Source of the DNA: Prochlorococcus marinus subsp. pastoris str. CCMP1986 | GTDB taxonomy: Bacteria; Cyanobacteriota; Cyanobacteriia; PCC-6307; Cyanobiaceae | DNA length: 32,000 bases | Assembly: GCF_000011465.1 (NCBI RefSeq) | Contig: NC_005072.1 | Location: forward strand, 900,001-932,000 | Direction: 5' to 3' | Shown here: positions 9,317-18,352 of the stretch, piece after piece | Layout: the number at the start of each line of letters is the position of its first letter | Position numbering within the stretch: position 1 is the first letter of the stretch | Made by a program: the position numbers and the translations under genes | Notes under the pieces: model-generated | Database searches by the model: none | What the model was told of the DNA's origin: nothing | The model's input: only the letters and a program-made list of their open reading frames with translations

Positions 9317-10459
9317 TCAACATCTTTCTAACATTAGAGAAACAAATTTTTCAAATAAATAATCTGAATCATGAGGCCCAGGACTTGCTTCTGGATGATA
9401 TTGAACACTAAATATAGGCTTATTTATAAGTTTCAATCCGGCAACAGTTTTATCATTAAGATTCAAGTGGGTTATTTCAACTAATTCAGTGGACAAAGAA
9501 TTTGGATCTATAGCAAAACCATGATTCTGACTTGTAATTTCAATATTATTATTATTCATGCCACAAGGATGATTTAATCCACGATGTCCAAAAGGTAATT
9601 TATAAGTTTTTCCGCCTAATGCCAAACCAAATATTTGATGACCGAGGCAGATCCCAAACATAGGAATTTTCCCATAATTAATTAGTAATTTAGCTAAATT
9701 AATTCCATCAAGTACAGATGAAGGATCCCCTGGACCATTTGAGAAAAATATTCCATCAGGATCATGACTTAAAACATCTTCAAAAGAAGAATTTGAAGGC
9801 AAAACCAAAATTTCACATCCATGTGAAGCTAATCTATTGAGAATTGATTTTTTAATACCAAAATCAATCGCAACAACTCTGAATTTATTTATATTTTTGT
9901 GGATTTTTTCTCTTACATCAAAATCAGTCATTGTAGTTGCTTTAAAAATATAATTTTTCTTTGTTGAAACATCTTTGGCCAAATTCAAACCTTGCATATT
10001 GGGAGTATTAGAAATAATTTCAAGACAACTATCTAAATCATTTTTTTCACTAGTGATAACTCCATTCATGGAACCATTCGATCTTAAAATTTTAACAAGA
10101 GCTCTTGTATCAATTCCATAAAGTCCAATAATATTTTTTTCAATTAGCCACTGATTAAAGTTTAATTTAGATCTCCAATTACTATTATTATTTGAAAAAT
10201 TACGCACAATAATACCTCTGACAGAATTATCTGATTCTGAATCTTCGAAATTAATTCCTGTATTTCCAATCTCAGGATAAGTAAATGTAATGATCTGGCC
10301 AAAATAACTTGGGTCAGAGATTACTTCCTGATAACCAGTCATACCAGTATTAAAAACAATTTCACCAACAGTTGAACCCATCGCACCAAATGAATAACCA
10401 GTAAAAGTAATCCCATTACTCAAAACAAGTTTTGCATTTTTCTTAAAAAGATGATTCAT
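9317..10459 (-). CDS. carA: Carbamoyl-phosphate synthase small subunit
   Basis: 380 aa; class I glutamine amidotransferase motifs (GIFFSNGPGDPSSV, PMFGICLGHQIFGLALGG, FSVQYHPEASPGPHD). Confidence 0.97.
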   Translation of the reverse strand: MNHLFKKNAKLVLSNGITFTGYSFGAMGSTVGEIVFNTGMTGYQEVISDPSYFGQIITFTYPEIGNTGINFEDSESDNSVRGIIVRNFSNNNSNWRSKLNFNQWLIEKNIIGLYGIDTRALVKILRSNGSMNGVITSEKNDLDSCLEIISNTPNMQGLNLAKDVSTKKNYIFKATTMTDFDVREKIHKNINKFRVVAIDFGIKKSILNRLASHGCEILVLPSNSSFEDVLSHDPDGIFFSNGPGDPSSVLDGINLAKLLINYGKIPMFGICLGHQIFGLALGGKTYKLPFGHRGLNHPCGMNNNNIEITSQNHGFAIDPNSLSTELVEITHLNLNDKTVAGLKLINKPIFSVQYHPEASPGPHDSDYLFEKFVSLMLERC

Positions 10460-10471
10460 TAATTAAATTTA

Positions 10472-11503
10472 TTATGATTCAAGGTAGTTTTTCAAAAGTA
10501 AAAATTTATTCCAAGGCTCTGCTTTACTCATAGAGAACAAAGCTTTTTTAAATCCCTTTTCAATATCATCTTCAATTCCTGCAACCCAGAGTACTAATGC
10601 TGTATTTAAAGCGACTACATCCAAATGAGCCTTTTGACCTGAACCATTCAAAACAGATTTTAATATGTCTTCATAAGAGTCATCATTTGATACGATTAAA
10701 TCTTTATTTGAAGTGTTTTGATAATTAAAGTCAGAGACATTTATTTTTGAATGTTTAAGCTCACCTTTATCTACAAATATTATTTTATTATCTCCTTCTA
10801 ACGAAGCCTCATCTAGACCACCATAGCCATGAACAACGATTGCTCTATCCATTTCCATTCTGCTCAAAGCTGAAGCCATAGGATTAAGTAATTCATCAGA
10901 AGCAACCCCTAAAACTTGAGCATTAGGTCTTAAAGGATTTACTAATGGACCTAGTTGGTTAAAAACAGTTCTTATGCCAAGAGCCTTTCTCAAAGGAGCT
11001 AGTTTAATTAATGATTTATGCCAAACGGGAGCAAATAAGAAAGTTATCCCAATTTGATCTATTGAAGAAATAACCTTTTCTAAAGTGGAATTTAAATTAA
11101 TCCCAAGATTTAACAAAACATCTGCCGAGCCAACTTTTCCACTAGCACTTTTATTTCCGTGTTTTGCAATATTTACACCACATGATGATGCGACAAAAGC
11201 AACAGCAGTAGAAATATTAAAAGTATTAGCACCATCCCCCCCAGTTCCACAAGTATCAACCATAAACAAATTGGGTCGTTCGACAGGTAATTTACAAGCA
11301 TTTAAGAGTACATCTGCCATAGATGATAATTCAGTTCCTGTAGCTCCTTTAGCTCTCAATGCACTCAAAAAAGCACCTGTTTGAACCTCCAATATTTCAT
11401 CATTTAGCCATCTTTTCATCAAAGTATTTGATGTCTCAGCATCAAGATCTTGCCCATATAGTAACTGGTTTAGGATTTCAGAATTTGTTTTAATAATAGA
11501 CAT
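10472..11503 (-). CDS. trpD: Anthranilate phosphoribosyltransferase
   Basis: 343 aa; [54 protein letters not shown]. Confidence 0.95.
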   Translation of the reverse strand: MSIIKTNSEILNQLLYGQDLDAETSNTLMKRWLNDEILEVQTGAFLSALRAKGATGTELSSMADVLLNACKLPVERPNLFMVDTCGTGGDGANTFNISTAVAFVASSCGVNIAKHGNKSASGKVGSADVLLNLGINLNSTLEKVISSIDQIGITFLFAPVWHKSLIKLAPLRKALGIRTVFNQLGPLVNPLRPNAQVLGVASDELLNPMASALSRMEMDRAIVVHGYGGLDEASLEGDNKIIFVDKGELKHSKINVSDFNYQNTSNKDLIVSNDDSYEDILKSVLNGSGQKAHLDVVALNTALVLWVAGIEDDIEKGFKKALFSMSKAEPWNKFLLLKNYLES

Positions 11504-11532
11504 TTATCTTTAGTGGATTTAAAGTTAGTAGC

Positions 11533-11829
11533 TCAATTAGAAGTATCAAAACCGGAACCAACTAAATCTTTATTCGTATTTGAAGGTCTAAAATTATTTG
11601 ACCATAATTTCTTAGTCTTTTCAAAAAGATTGTCCTTTGTTATTTTCCAAAATTTTAGTGTTTTTTCAATATCCTCTTTGATCTCAATTTCACCAGGAAA
11701 ATCATCATATCTATTAATTAATCTAGCTAAATTAATCAAGTCAAAATCTTCAGGCATATCTTTTGATATAAGAGAGTCTATAATTTTTTTATCAGTTGCA
11801 TGGAGAGGATGAGTTTGTTCATTGCTCAT
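11533..11829 (-). CDS. DUF3288 family small protein
   Basis: 98 aa; HPLHATDKKIIDSL...DLINLARLINRYDDFPGEIEIKEDIEKTLKFWKIT resembles cyanobacterial DUF3288 proteins. Confidence 0.7.
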   Translation of the reverse strand: MSNEQTHPLHATDKKIIDSLISKDMPEDFDLINLARLINRYDDFPGEIEIKEDIEKTLKFWKITKDNLFEKTKKLWSNNFRPSNTNKDLVGSGFDTSN

Positions 11830-11908
11830 AATAAAAAAGAAATCATTTATAAAACTAGCTCACATATTCGAAAATGAAACATTATCTTAATCATATGGGA
11901 ATTTTTAA

Positions 11909-13654
11909 ATGAAGAATCTTAAATTAAAAGTCATATTTAAGTATTTAAAACCTTACAAAAAAGAATTTTTATATGGTGGGATAGCTCTCCTAGTAGTGAA
12001 TATTTTGAGCATTCTGATACCTTTAGAAGTTAAAAACATAATTGATCAACTCAAAGATGGATTTTCCTCTAGTTTCGTTATATCAAAATCATTATTTCTC
12101 ATGTTTCTAGCAACATGCATGGGTCTTATAAGATTATTTTCAAGGCAAATTGTATTTGGTATAGGAAGAAAAGTTGAAGTAAATCTTCGTCAAAAATTAT
12201 TTGACCATTTACTAATTCAAGACCCTGATTGGATACAAAAAAAAGGTAGTGGAGATATTATCAGTAGAGCTACTAGTGATGTAGAAAACATTAGAAGACT
12301 CTTAGGTTTCACAGTTTTAAGTTTATGTAATATCGTTCTAGCTTATTCTCTAACAATTCCTTCAATGTTATCGATTAATAAAACATTGACAGTAGCTGCA
12401 TTAATGATATTTCCAATGATATTAGTAATAGTTAGTTTGTTTGGAGGAAGAATGGTAAGTCAAAGAAAAATTCAACAAGAATCACTTTCCAAACTAAGTG
12501 ATTTGATACAAGAAGATTTATCAGGGATAAGCGCTATAAAAATTTATGCACAAGAGGAAGCTGAAAAGAAACAATTTAATAATTACAATAAGGTTTATCG
12601 CAATTCAGCTATAAAGCTCGCAAGAACAGCAAGTACATTATTCCCACTATTGCAAGGTATTTCTTCAATTTCATTATTGATACTTTTAGGTCTAGGGACC
12701 TCTCAACTAGAAAACGGATTTATCACAATTGGTGGACTAGTTGCATTGATATTATTTGTTGAAAGACTTGTATTTCCAACAGCTCTATTAGGATTTACAT
12801 TAAATACTTTTCAATTAGGACAAGTAAGTCTAGATAGAGTTGAAGAGATATTTCAGAACAATCCAAAAATTACTGATAAACCAAAAGCTAAATTCATAAA
12901 GAAAAAAGTTAAAGGTACAATTGAGGCAAAGAATTTAAAAATAAAATACGAGGGTGCAAAATTTAACTCCTTAAATAGATTAAATTTCAAAATTAATCCT
13001 GGAGAACTTATTGCGATAGTTGGTCCAGTAGGCTGTGGAAAAACAACATTAGCTAAATCATTAGGTAGAACTATTGAAATACCCGATGGACAATTATTTT
13101 TAGATGATATTGATATTACGAATATTAAATTAAGAGATTTAAGAAAACACATTGCTATAGTTCCTCAAGAAGCATTCTTATTTACATCTACAATTTCTGA
13201 AAATTTAAAATTTGGAGATCCAAAAGCTTCAAGAAATGTAGTAAAAAATAGTGCAGTAAACGCAGGATTGATAGATGATATTAATAGTTTTCCAGATGGT
13301 TTTAAAACAATTGTAGGTGAAAGAGGTATTACACTGAGTGGTGGTCAACGCCAAAGAACAGCATTAGGAAGAGCACTTTTAGTTGATGCTTCTGTAGTGG
13401 TACTTGATGATGCGTTGGCGAGTGTAGATAATAAAACTGCCGCGAAAATTATCGAGGAAATGAGAGCAAACAAAAGTAAAACCATATTGATGATTAGTCA
13501 TCAATTATCTGTGGCAGCAACATGTGATAGGGTACTAGTAATGGACCAAGGTAAAATTGTGCAAGAAGGGATCCATAAAGATTTGATTACAACAAATGGA
13601 CTATATAAAAATCTTTGGGAGAGAGAAATAGCTACCAATAAAATAGTTAGTTGA
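11909..13654 (+). CDS. MsbA/MDR-like ABC exporter (fused TMD-NBD half-transporter)
   Basis: 581 aa; six-helix TMD, Walker A (GPVGCGKTTLAK), signature (LSGGQRQRTALGRAL), Walker B (VVVLDDALASVD). Confidence 0.93.
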   Translation: MKNLKLKVIFKYLKPYKKEFLYGGIALLVVNILSILIPLEVKNIIDQLKDGFSSSFVISKSLFLMFLATCMGLIRLFSRQIVFGIGRKVEVNLRQKLFDHLLIQDPDWIQKKGSGDIISRATSDVENIRRLLGFTVLSLCNIVLAYSLTIPSMLSINKTLTVAALMIFPMILVIVSLFGGRMVSQRKIQQESLSKLSDLIQEDLSGISAIKIYAQEEAEKKQFNNYNKVYRNSAIKLARTASTLFPLLQGISSISLLILLGLGTSQLENGFITIGGLVALILFVERLVFPTALLGFTLNTFQLGQVSLDRVEEIFQNNPKITDKPKAKFIKKKVKGTIEAKNLKIKYEGAKFNSLNRLNFKINPGELIAIVGPVGCGKTTLAKSLGRTIEIPDGQLFLDDIDITNIKLRDLRKHIAIVPQEAFLFTSTISENLKFGDPKASRNVVKNSAVNAGLIDDINSFPDGFKTIVGERGITLSGGQRQRTALGRALLVDASVVVLDDALASVDNKTAAKIIEEMRANKSKTILMISHQLSVAATCDRVLVMDQGKIVQEGIHKDLITTNGLYKNLWEREIATNKIVS

Positions 13655-13685
13655 AAAAGAGTATTAATTAAATGCATACCTAAAG

Positions 13686-14414
13686 ATGTTTGAATTTCTT
13701 AAAAAACTTATGACAAATAATGAATCAGTTTCAGCAAAGGAAACAAATTTCCTCCACAGAATATTAAATACTGATATAAAACAGGAACCAAAATCTCAAG
13801 AGGATGAAATAATATTTGGTTGTGGATGTTTTTGGGGTGCAGAAAAATGTTTTTGGAAACTTCCAGGAGTTATTACAACTTCCGTTGGTTATGCCGGTGG
13901 AGAAAAGAATAACCCTACTTACTATGAAGTCTGCTCTGGTATTACAGGTCATGCAGAAGTCGTTAGGGTTGTTTGGAATGTTAATGAAATAGATATTAGT
14001 GATTTATTAAAAATGTTCTGGGAATGTCATAATCCAACTCAAAAAAATAGGCAAGGTAATGATATGGGAACACAATATAGATCAACAATTTACTATAAGA
14101 ACGACATTAATAAAGACAAAATTTACTCAAGTAAAGAAGCTTTCCAAAAAGAACTTTATAAAAACAATTTAGGAATCATAGAAACAGAGATTAAAAAAAT
14201 TGACACTTATTATTACGCTGAAGAATATCATCAGCAGTATTTAGCAGTAGAAGGTAGTAGACAATATTGTTCTGCATCTCCTACAAAAGTAAAGTTAGGA
14301 AGTTTCAATAACTGTAATTACAAACTTCCAACAAAAACATGGGATAATTTTAATTGGGACATCGATAAATGTGTATTGAGATCTAACAATAATCCTATAG
14401 ATATTAACAATTAA
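13686..14414 (+). CDS. msrA: Peptide-methionine (S)-S-oxide reductase, with an extended N-terminus
   Basis: 242 aa; IIFGCGCFWGAEKCFWKLPGVITTSVGYAGGEKNNPTYYEVCSGITGHAEVV active-site region; TQYRSTIYY; AEEYHQQYL. The start may be the internal ATG giving MTNNES. Confidence 0.93.
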   Translation: MFEFLKKLMTNNESVSAKETNFLHRILNTDIKQEPKSQEDEIIFGCGCFWGAEKCFWKLPGVITTSVGYAGGEKNNPTYYEVCSGITGHAEVVRVVWNVNEIDISDLLKMFWECHNPTQKNRQGNDMGTQYRSTIYYKNDINKDKIYSSKEAFQKELYKNNLGIIETEIKKIDTYYYAEEYHQQYLAVEGSRQYCSASPTKVKLGSFNNCNYKLPTKTWDNFNWDIDKCVLRSNNNPIDINN

Positions 14415-14441
14415 AAGCCTTTTATATTTATAGTAAAAATA

Positions 14442-14515
14442 CGGGGCGTAGCGCAGCTTGGTAGCGCACCACTTTGGGGTAGTGGGGGTCGTGGGTTCAA
14501 ATCCCGCCGTTCCGA
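14442..14515 (+). tRNA. tRNA-Pro (anticodon GGG), 74 nt, no encoded CCA
   Basis: Cloverleaf folded by eye: acceptor CGGGGCG/CGTTCCG (two G-U pairs), D arm GCGC..GCGC, anticodon arm CCACT-TTGGGGT-AGTGG with anticodon GGG, T arm GTGGG-TTCAAAT-CCCGC, discriminator A. Confidence 0.92.
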
Positions 14516-14674
14516 TTAAGATTCAGTATCGTCTTTGTTTATTAGTGATTTGTACAACTTATAAGAACTTATTCCAACAGCCATAAAAGTAAATGAAGAA
14601 AAAATTGTACATATAATGATTGTAAGATTTGAAACTTCAACCTCTCCTAGTTGATATGATAAAAAAAAAATCAT
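14516..14674 (-). CDS. Small single-TM hypothetical protein (52 aa); start uncertain
   Basis: Manual translation: MIFFLSYQLGEVEVSNLTIIICTIFSSFTFMAVGISSYKLYKSLINKDDTES*. Hydrophobic core with a charged C-terminus. The stop lies directly against the tRNA 3' end. Confidence 0.4.
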   Translation of the reverse strand: MIFFLSYQLGEVEVSNLTIIICTIFSSFTFMAVGISSYKLYKSLINKDDTES

Positions 14675-14735
14675 CCGTAAAATATTATTTAAAAAACACT
14701 AACATAGAAATGTTGATTTGATTTAATTTAAATTC

Positions 14736-15536
14736 CTATAAATTGAAAAGAATCAAGATTCCGAATATTAAACGATAATAAACAAATATTTTGAGTCCAT
14801 GAGAGGAAACATACTTTATTAAAAAATTGATGGCTAATAGAGAAGAGAAGAAAGCTGTAATTAATCCAGCAAAAAGAGGAAGGAATGGAAATGTTGAAAA
14901 TTGATTTACTGCACTAAAAAACTCAACAAAAGCTGCTAACGAGATTGAAGGAATACCAAGAAGGAATGAAAATTTAGCTGCATCTTTTCTATTCCATCCA
15001 GATAAAAGAGCCATAGAAATAGTGGCTCCTGAACGAGATACTCCAGGAACAATTGCAAAGGCTTGAGCAATTCCTATATATAAGTTGTTTGGATATTTAT
15101 GATTGTTTAAATTAATTGATTTCTTAGTAGAAATATCTGCAAAAAGCATTATTAAAGACATTAATATAGACACTAAAGCTATTGAAAGATTTGAACGTAA
15201 AAATGAATCAGAGAATCCTGGAACAAATAGCTTTATAATTACACCAATAAAAACAATTGGAATTGTACCTATAAAGATAGATTTATTTAATTTATTAAAC
15301 AAAAATGAATAACTTGGTTTTCTAGAGTTTGTATTTTTGTAATTAGAAATACTTTTCCTAAAATACCAAAATATTGCAAAAACACTTCCAATTTGTATAA
15401 TTGCAGAAACTGAGGAACCAGGATCATCCATTCCAAATAATAGAGATATGATTTTTAAATGAGCAGTACTACTTATAGGAATAAACTCTGTTAAACCTTG
15501 AATTATTCCATAAAAAATATACTTAAAAAATTCCAA
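14736..15536 (-). CDS. uppP: Undecaprenyl-diphosphatase (UppP/BacA family)
   Basis: 266 aa polytopic; IIQGLTEFIPISSTAHLKI and IGIAQAFAIVPGVSRSGATIS are the two family motifs. Confidence 0.95.
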   Translation of the reverse strand: MEFFKYIFYGIIQGLTEFIPISSTAHLKIISLLFGMDDPGSSVSAIIQIGSVFAIFWYFRKSISNYKNTNSRKPSYSFLFNKLNKSIFIGTIPIVFIGVIIKLFVPGFSDSFLRSNLSIALVSILMSLIMLFADISTKKSINLNNHKYPNNLYIGIAQAFAIVPGVSRSGATISMALLSGWNRKDAAKFSFLLGIPSISLAAFVEFFSAVNQFSTFPFLPLFAGLITAFFSSLLAINFLIKYVSSHGLKIFVYYRLIFGILILFNL

Positions 15537-15625
15537 TAGTTTATATTCAAAATATTTCCAATAATAATATCAATTAAAAATAATACAATTTACATTATCA
15601 GAAGAAAAGCTAAGGTATTAATATT

Positions 15626-15904
15626 ATGAAAAAATTTGTTTTTAAAATATTAGTCTTCGTAAGTCTTTTTATTTTTCCTGATTATGTAAAAGCAAATTAT
15701 TGGCTAGTGATTGGAACTTACAGACAAGGACCAGGAGGCAGACCTGAGGTAAGTGGAATAACAAGCCCATCTTTGCATACTATTCCAATGAAAGATATGG
15801 AAACATGTGAAAAAGCTGGGAATAAAATTTCTAAAGAAATTTATATTCCTGTCTGGCAATTTGATAATAAATGGACTTGTATATATAGCGGAAACATTAA
15901 ATAA
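15626..15904 (+). CDS. Small secreted conserved-hypothetical-type protein
   Basis: 92 aa: signal peptide MKKFVFKILVFVSLFIFPDYVKA then NYWLVIGTYRQGPGGRPEVSG...CEKAGNKI...FDNKWTCIYSGNIK with two mature Cys. Same-strand ORF in an otherwise uncovered gap. Confidence 0.7.
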   Translation: MKKFVFKILVFVSLFIFPDYVKANYWLVIGTYRQGPGGRPEVSGITSPSLHTIPMKDMETCEKAGNKISKEIYIPVWQFDNKWTCIYSGNIK

Positions 15905-15906
15905 AA

Positions 15907-16041
15907 TTATCTTTTCACATCGTGAGCACAACCGTCACCTTTATAATTTTCACTTTCGTAAAAATCATTTTTTGTCCCAAAATAGGCTGTTAGTAATACG
16001 AAAGGCATACTAATTATAAAAAGTACTACAGTAAGATCCAT
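15907..16041 (-). CDS. Small membrane protein (44 aa)
   Basis: Manual translation: MDLTVVLFIISMPFVLLTAYFGTKNDFYESENYKGDGCAHDVKR*. One N-terminal TM helix with a polar tail. Confidence 0.5.
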   Translation of the reverse strand: MDLTVVLFIISMPFVLLTAYFGTKNDFYESENYKGDGCAHDVKR

Positions 16042-16070
16042 CTTAAATAGGTATATTTAATATTTTTATA

Positions 16071-16196
16071 TTAATAATCTGTAGGTCCTTTCAATCCCAG
16101 ATAAAAAAATGCTCCAAGACCTATCAAAACAAGAACACCGGCAATAGCGGCTGAAGGTACAAATCCTCCTATGGCAAAAGAAGCAAATTGGATCAT
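16071..16196 (-). CDS. Small single-TM protein (41 aa), of photosystem/b6f small-subunit size
   Basis: Manual translation: MIQFASFAIGGFVPSAAIAGVLVLIGLGAFFYLGLKGPTDY*. One clean hydrophobic helix; an in-frame TTG upstream could extend it by a few residues. Confidence 0.55.
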   Translation of the reverse strand: MIQFASFAIGGFVPSAAIAGVLVLIGLGAFFYLGLKGPTDY

Positions 16197-16286
16197 TATA
16201 AAAATCAAATTTATATCAATTATATCAATAAAAATAACCTAGATCGCTAAAAATTCTGACTCGAAGACAATTAAAAATCAATAAAG

Positions 16287-16514
16287 TTAGGCAACTAGAG
16301 TTGCATCTTCATTTTCAGAAGAAATTCTTATCCTTTCTTCTAGTTTAGGACCATATAATTCATTACCCCAAATTTCAACTCTAGAATCGTTAGGAGCCGT
16401 AAAAGATAAAATATCCGTCGGAAATAGCACTCTTTCTAAAAAAAAGTTAGAAGGACCTATACATCTCAAAACGACCATTCTGGAGCCTTCATTTTTATAA
16501 GAAAACTCAACCAT
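16287..16514 (-). CDS. DUF1830 domain-containing protein
   Basis: 75 aa; MVVLRCIGPSNFFLERVLFPTDILSFTAPNDSRVEIW resembles the cyanobacterial DUF1830 pattern. Confidence 0.7.
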   Translation of the reverse strand: MVEFSYKNEGSRMVVLRCIGPSNFFLERVLFPTDILSFTAPNDSRVEIWGNELYGPKLEERIRISSENEDATLVA

Positions 16515-16592
16515 ATAAAGAAATTTTAATTGACTCTAATTAAACACTAAATAAAATGATTTAAAATGTATAAAAAGCAACTAAATAAAAAA

Positions 16593-17549
16593 TTATTTAG
16601 AAATTTGTTGATTTAATCCTACCCTAACTAACTTTCTTTCTTGATTTATCATCAATAAAACATCCGAGTTGATATCGTCAAAACTTTTATGTGGTATTGA
16701 AACATTTAACATTCGAAGAAAATTACTCAAATTATCACCTTTAAGAGAACTTCCACTTTTAAAGTGCATACTTTTTTCTTGATTAGATTTCCATTCGTTC
16801 AAATATTCAAATTTCAAAGGTTTTAAATGCCAAATTTGATCAATCATATTCCAAATGTCTAAATATTGATCTAAATTATTTTGTATTTTATTTCTGTAAG
16901 AAGATTCAAAAACACTTAATGGAGGTGAAAATTTTTCAGAATTATCCAAATCTATAGATAAAGGTTTTACACCTAAAAACCATCCTTCAATTATCAGCAA
17001 ATCAGGAGATTCTTCCCTCCAATGAGCTCTATCACCAAGACCTTTTCTTAATGATTTATCAAAAACAGGTACATTTAATTGCCCATCAGTTTTCCATTTA
17101 AGTAATTTCTCTTTCATTAAATCAATCGAGTGACTGCCAGGAAAACCTCGGGATACATTCCATGGATTATTTTTAATAGCAAATTCCATTTCTTCAGAAG
17201 GTAGATAAAAATCATCAATAGAAATAACAGATAACTTAAATTTTAATTTTAAAGATATACTTTCCAACCATTTACCTAAAGTAGTTTTCCCTGTACCAGG
17301 TAAAGCGGATATTCCAATAATTTTTCTATCGGGAGATTTTTTATTCAATTTATATGCTTGAGATAAAAGGGGTAAAGCCAATCCCCAAATCCAATCATCT
17401 TTTACATTATCATCCCAAAAATTATTAATTGAAAGCATCTCTTTCTTAAGATTCCAAAAAATAAACCATTCATCCAAAGAACTCCAGCCAATTTGAGAAA
17501 TTAATTCTTCAAAATCATCCAATGGAAATTCAATATTTAAATCATTCAT
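16593..17549 (-). CDS. Putative D-glycerate 3-kinase (P-loop, plant-type GLYK family)
   Basis: 318 aa; ALPGTGKTTLGKWLE P-loop, LSVISIDDFYLP, WNVSRGFPGSHSIDLM, LLIIEGWFLGVKPL: the pattern of cyanobacterial/plant glycerate kinases. Confidence 0.8.
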   Translation of the reverse strand: MNDLNIEFPLDDFEELISQIGWSSLDEWFIFWNLKKEMLSINNFWDDNVKDDWIWGLALPLLSQAYKLNKKSPDRKIIGISALPGTGKTTLGKWLESISLKLKFKLSVISIDDFYLPSEEMEFAIKNNPWNVSRGFPGSHSIDLMKEKLLKWKTDGQLNVPVFDKSLRKGLGDRAHWREESPDLLIIEGWFLGVKPLSIDLDNSEKFSPPLSVFESSYRNKIQNNLDQYLDIWNMIDQIWHLKPLKFEYLNEWKSNQEKSMHFKSGSSLKGDNLSNFLRMLNVSIPHKSFDDINSDVLLMINQERKLVRVGLNQQISK

Positions 17550-18352
17550 CGTTTATTTAATACTAAATTATTTATTAACTTATTTATTTCACTTTTCCAA
17601 CCATAACCATTTGGATCAGTCGCTAAGGTAAAGCTATATTCGTTTAATTTCTCTATTAATTTTAAATTTGGTCCCCCAGGACCAGGAATTACAATTTTGT
17701 AATCTGAATTTAATAATAAAGGTAAATCATTAGGAGAATCTCCTAGACCAATAATTTTAATATTTGGATTATTTGAATAGTTCTTGAGTGCATTTATTGC
17801 TTTACCCTTGTTTGAATTAATTGACAACATATGGCTCATCCTGTTGCCTCTGAAAATTTCTACACCAAATCTTTTACAACAAATATTAATTTCTTCTTCT
17901 TTGTTTTCTGGAGGATTTAAGAATGGCATACTCCAGTGTCTATCTCTCATTAAATCAAGAGAGTGGCCTTTTAATCCAGTTAGTTCTGTTGCCTCTTGGT
18001 CGGAAATATTATTGAGTGGTTGTAAATTATAATTAATTTCATTAGAAATACTAATTAAAATATTTTCAAGTATTTCGTATTTTTCTCCAAGAATAATCTC
18101 CCCATTAACTCTCTTTAATGTTTCACCATGTATGGCCGCACCATTTTCAACAATATATGGATCAGTTAAATTAAGTTCCTTTCTAATAACCTTAACCTCA
18201 GCAGCGGTTTTACTGGTACATAATATTACTGGTATAGATAATTCCTGAAGTAATTTTATAGTTTCTTTTGCTGGAGTTAAATCATAAGAATGATCCATTA
18301 ATGTTCCATCAACATCACTAACGACCCATAAGGAAGAAAAATCAATCATCAA
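17546..18352 (-). CDS. gpgP: HAD-superfamily mannosyl-/glucosyl-3-phosphoglycerate phosphatase
   Basis: 268 aa; WVVSDVDGTLMDHSYDLTPA, VILCTSKTAAEV, PYIVENGAAIHG, IIGLGDSPNDLPLL. Overlaps the downstream kinase by 4 nt; sits beside gpgS-like and GH13_18-like genes. Confidence 0.8.
   Translation of the reverse strand: MMIDFSSLWVVSDVDGTLMDHSYDLTPAKETIKLLQELSIPVILCTSKTAAEVKVIRKELNLTDPYIVENGAAIHGETLKRVNGEIILGEKYEILENILISISNEINYNLQPLNNISDQEATELTGLKGHSLDLMRDRHWSMPFLNPPENKEEEINICCKRFGVEIFRGNRMSHMLSINSNKGKAINALKNYSNNPNIKIIGLGDSPNDLPLLLNSDYKIVIPGPGGPNLKLIEKLNEYSFTLATDPNGYGWKSEINKLINNLVLNKR

Noticed and set aside
11085-13152. ORFs 11085-11384 (antisense to trpD), 11513-11812 (antisense to the DUF3288 gene) and 12853-13152 (antisense to the ABC exporter)
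   Set aside because: Each fully overlaps a well-supported gene on the other strand and has no recognisable motif.
14442-14515. tRNA-Pro as an integration site for a genomic island
   Set aside because: No integrase, no direct repeat of the tRNA 3' end in the window, and ordinary housekeeping genes on both sides.
15704-16013. ORFs 15704-15931 (-) and 15807-16013 (+)
   Set aside because: They conflict with the signal-peptide protein at 15626-15904 and with the 44-aa minus ORF. Their sequences look like shadow translation.
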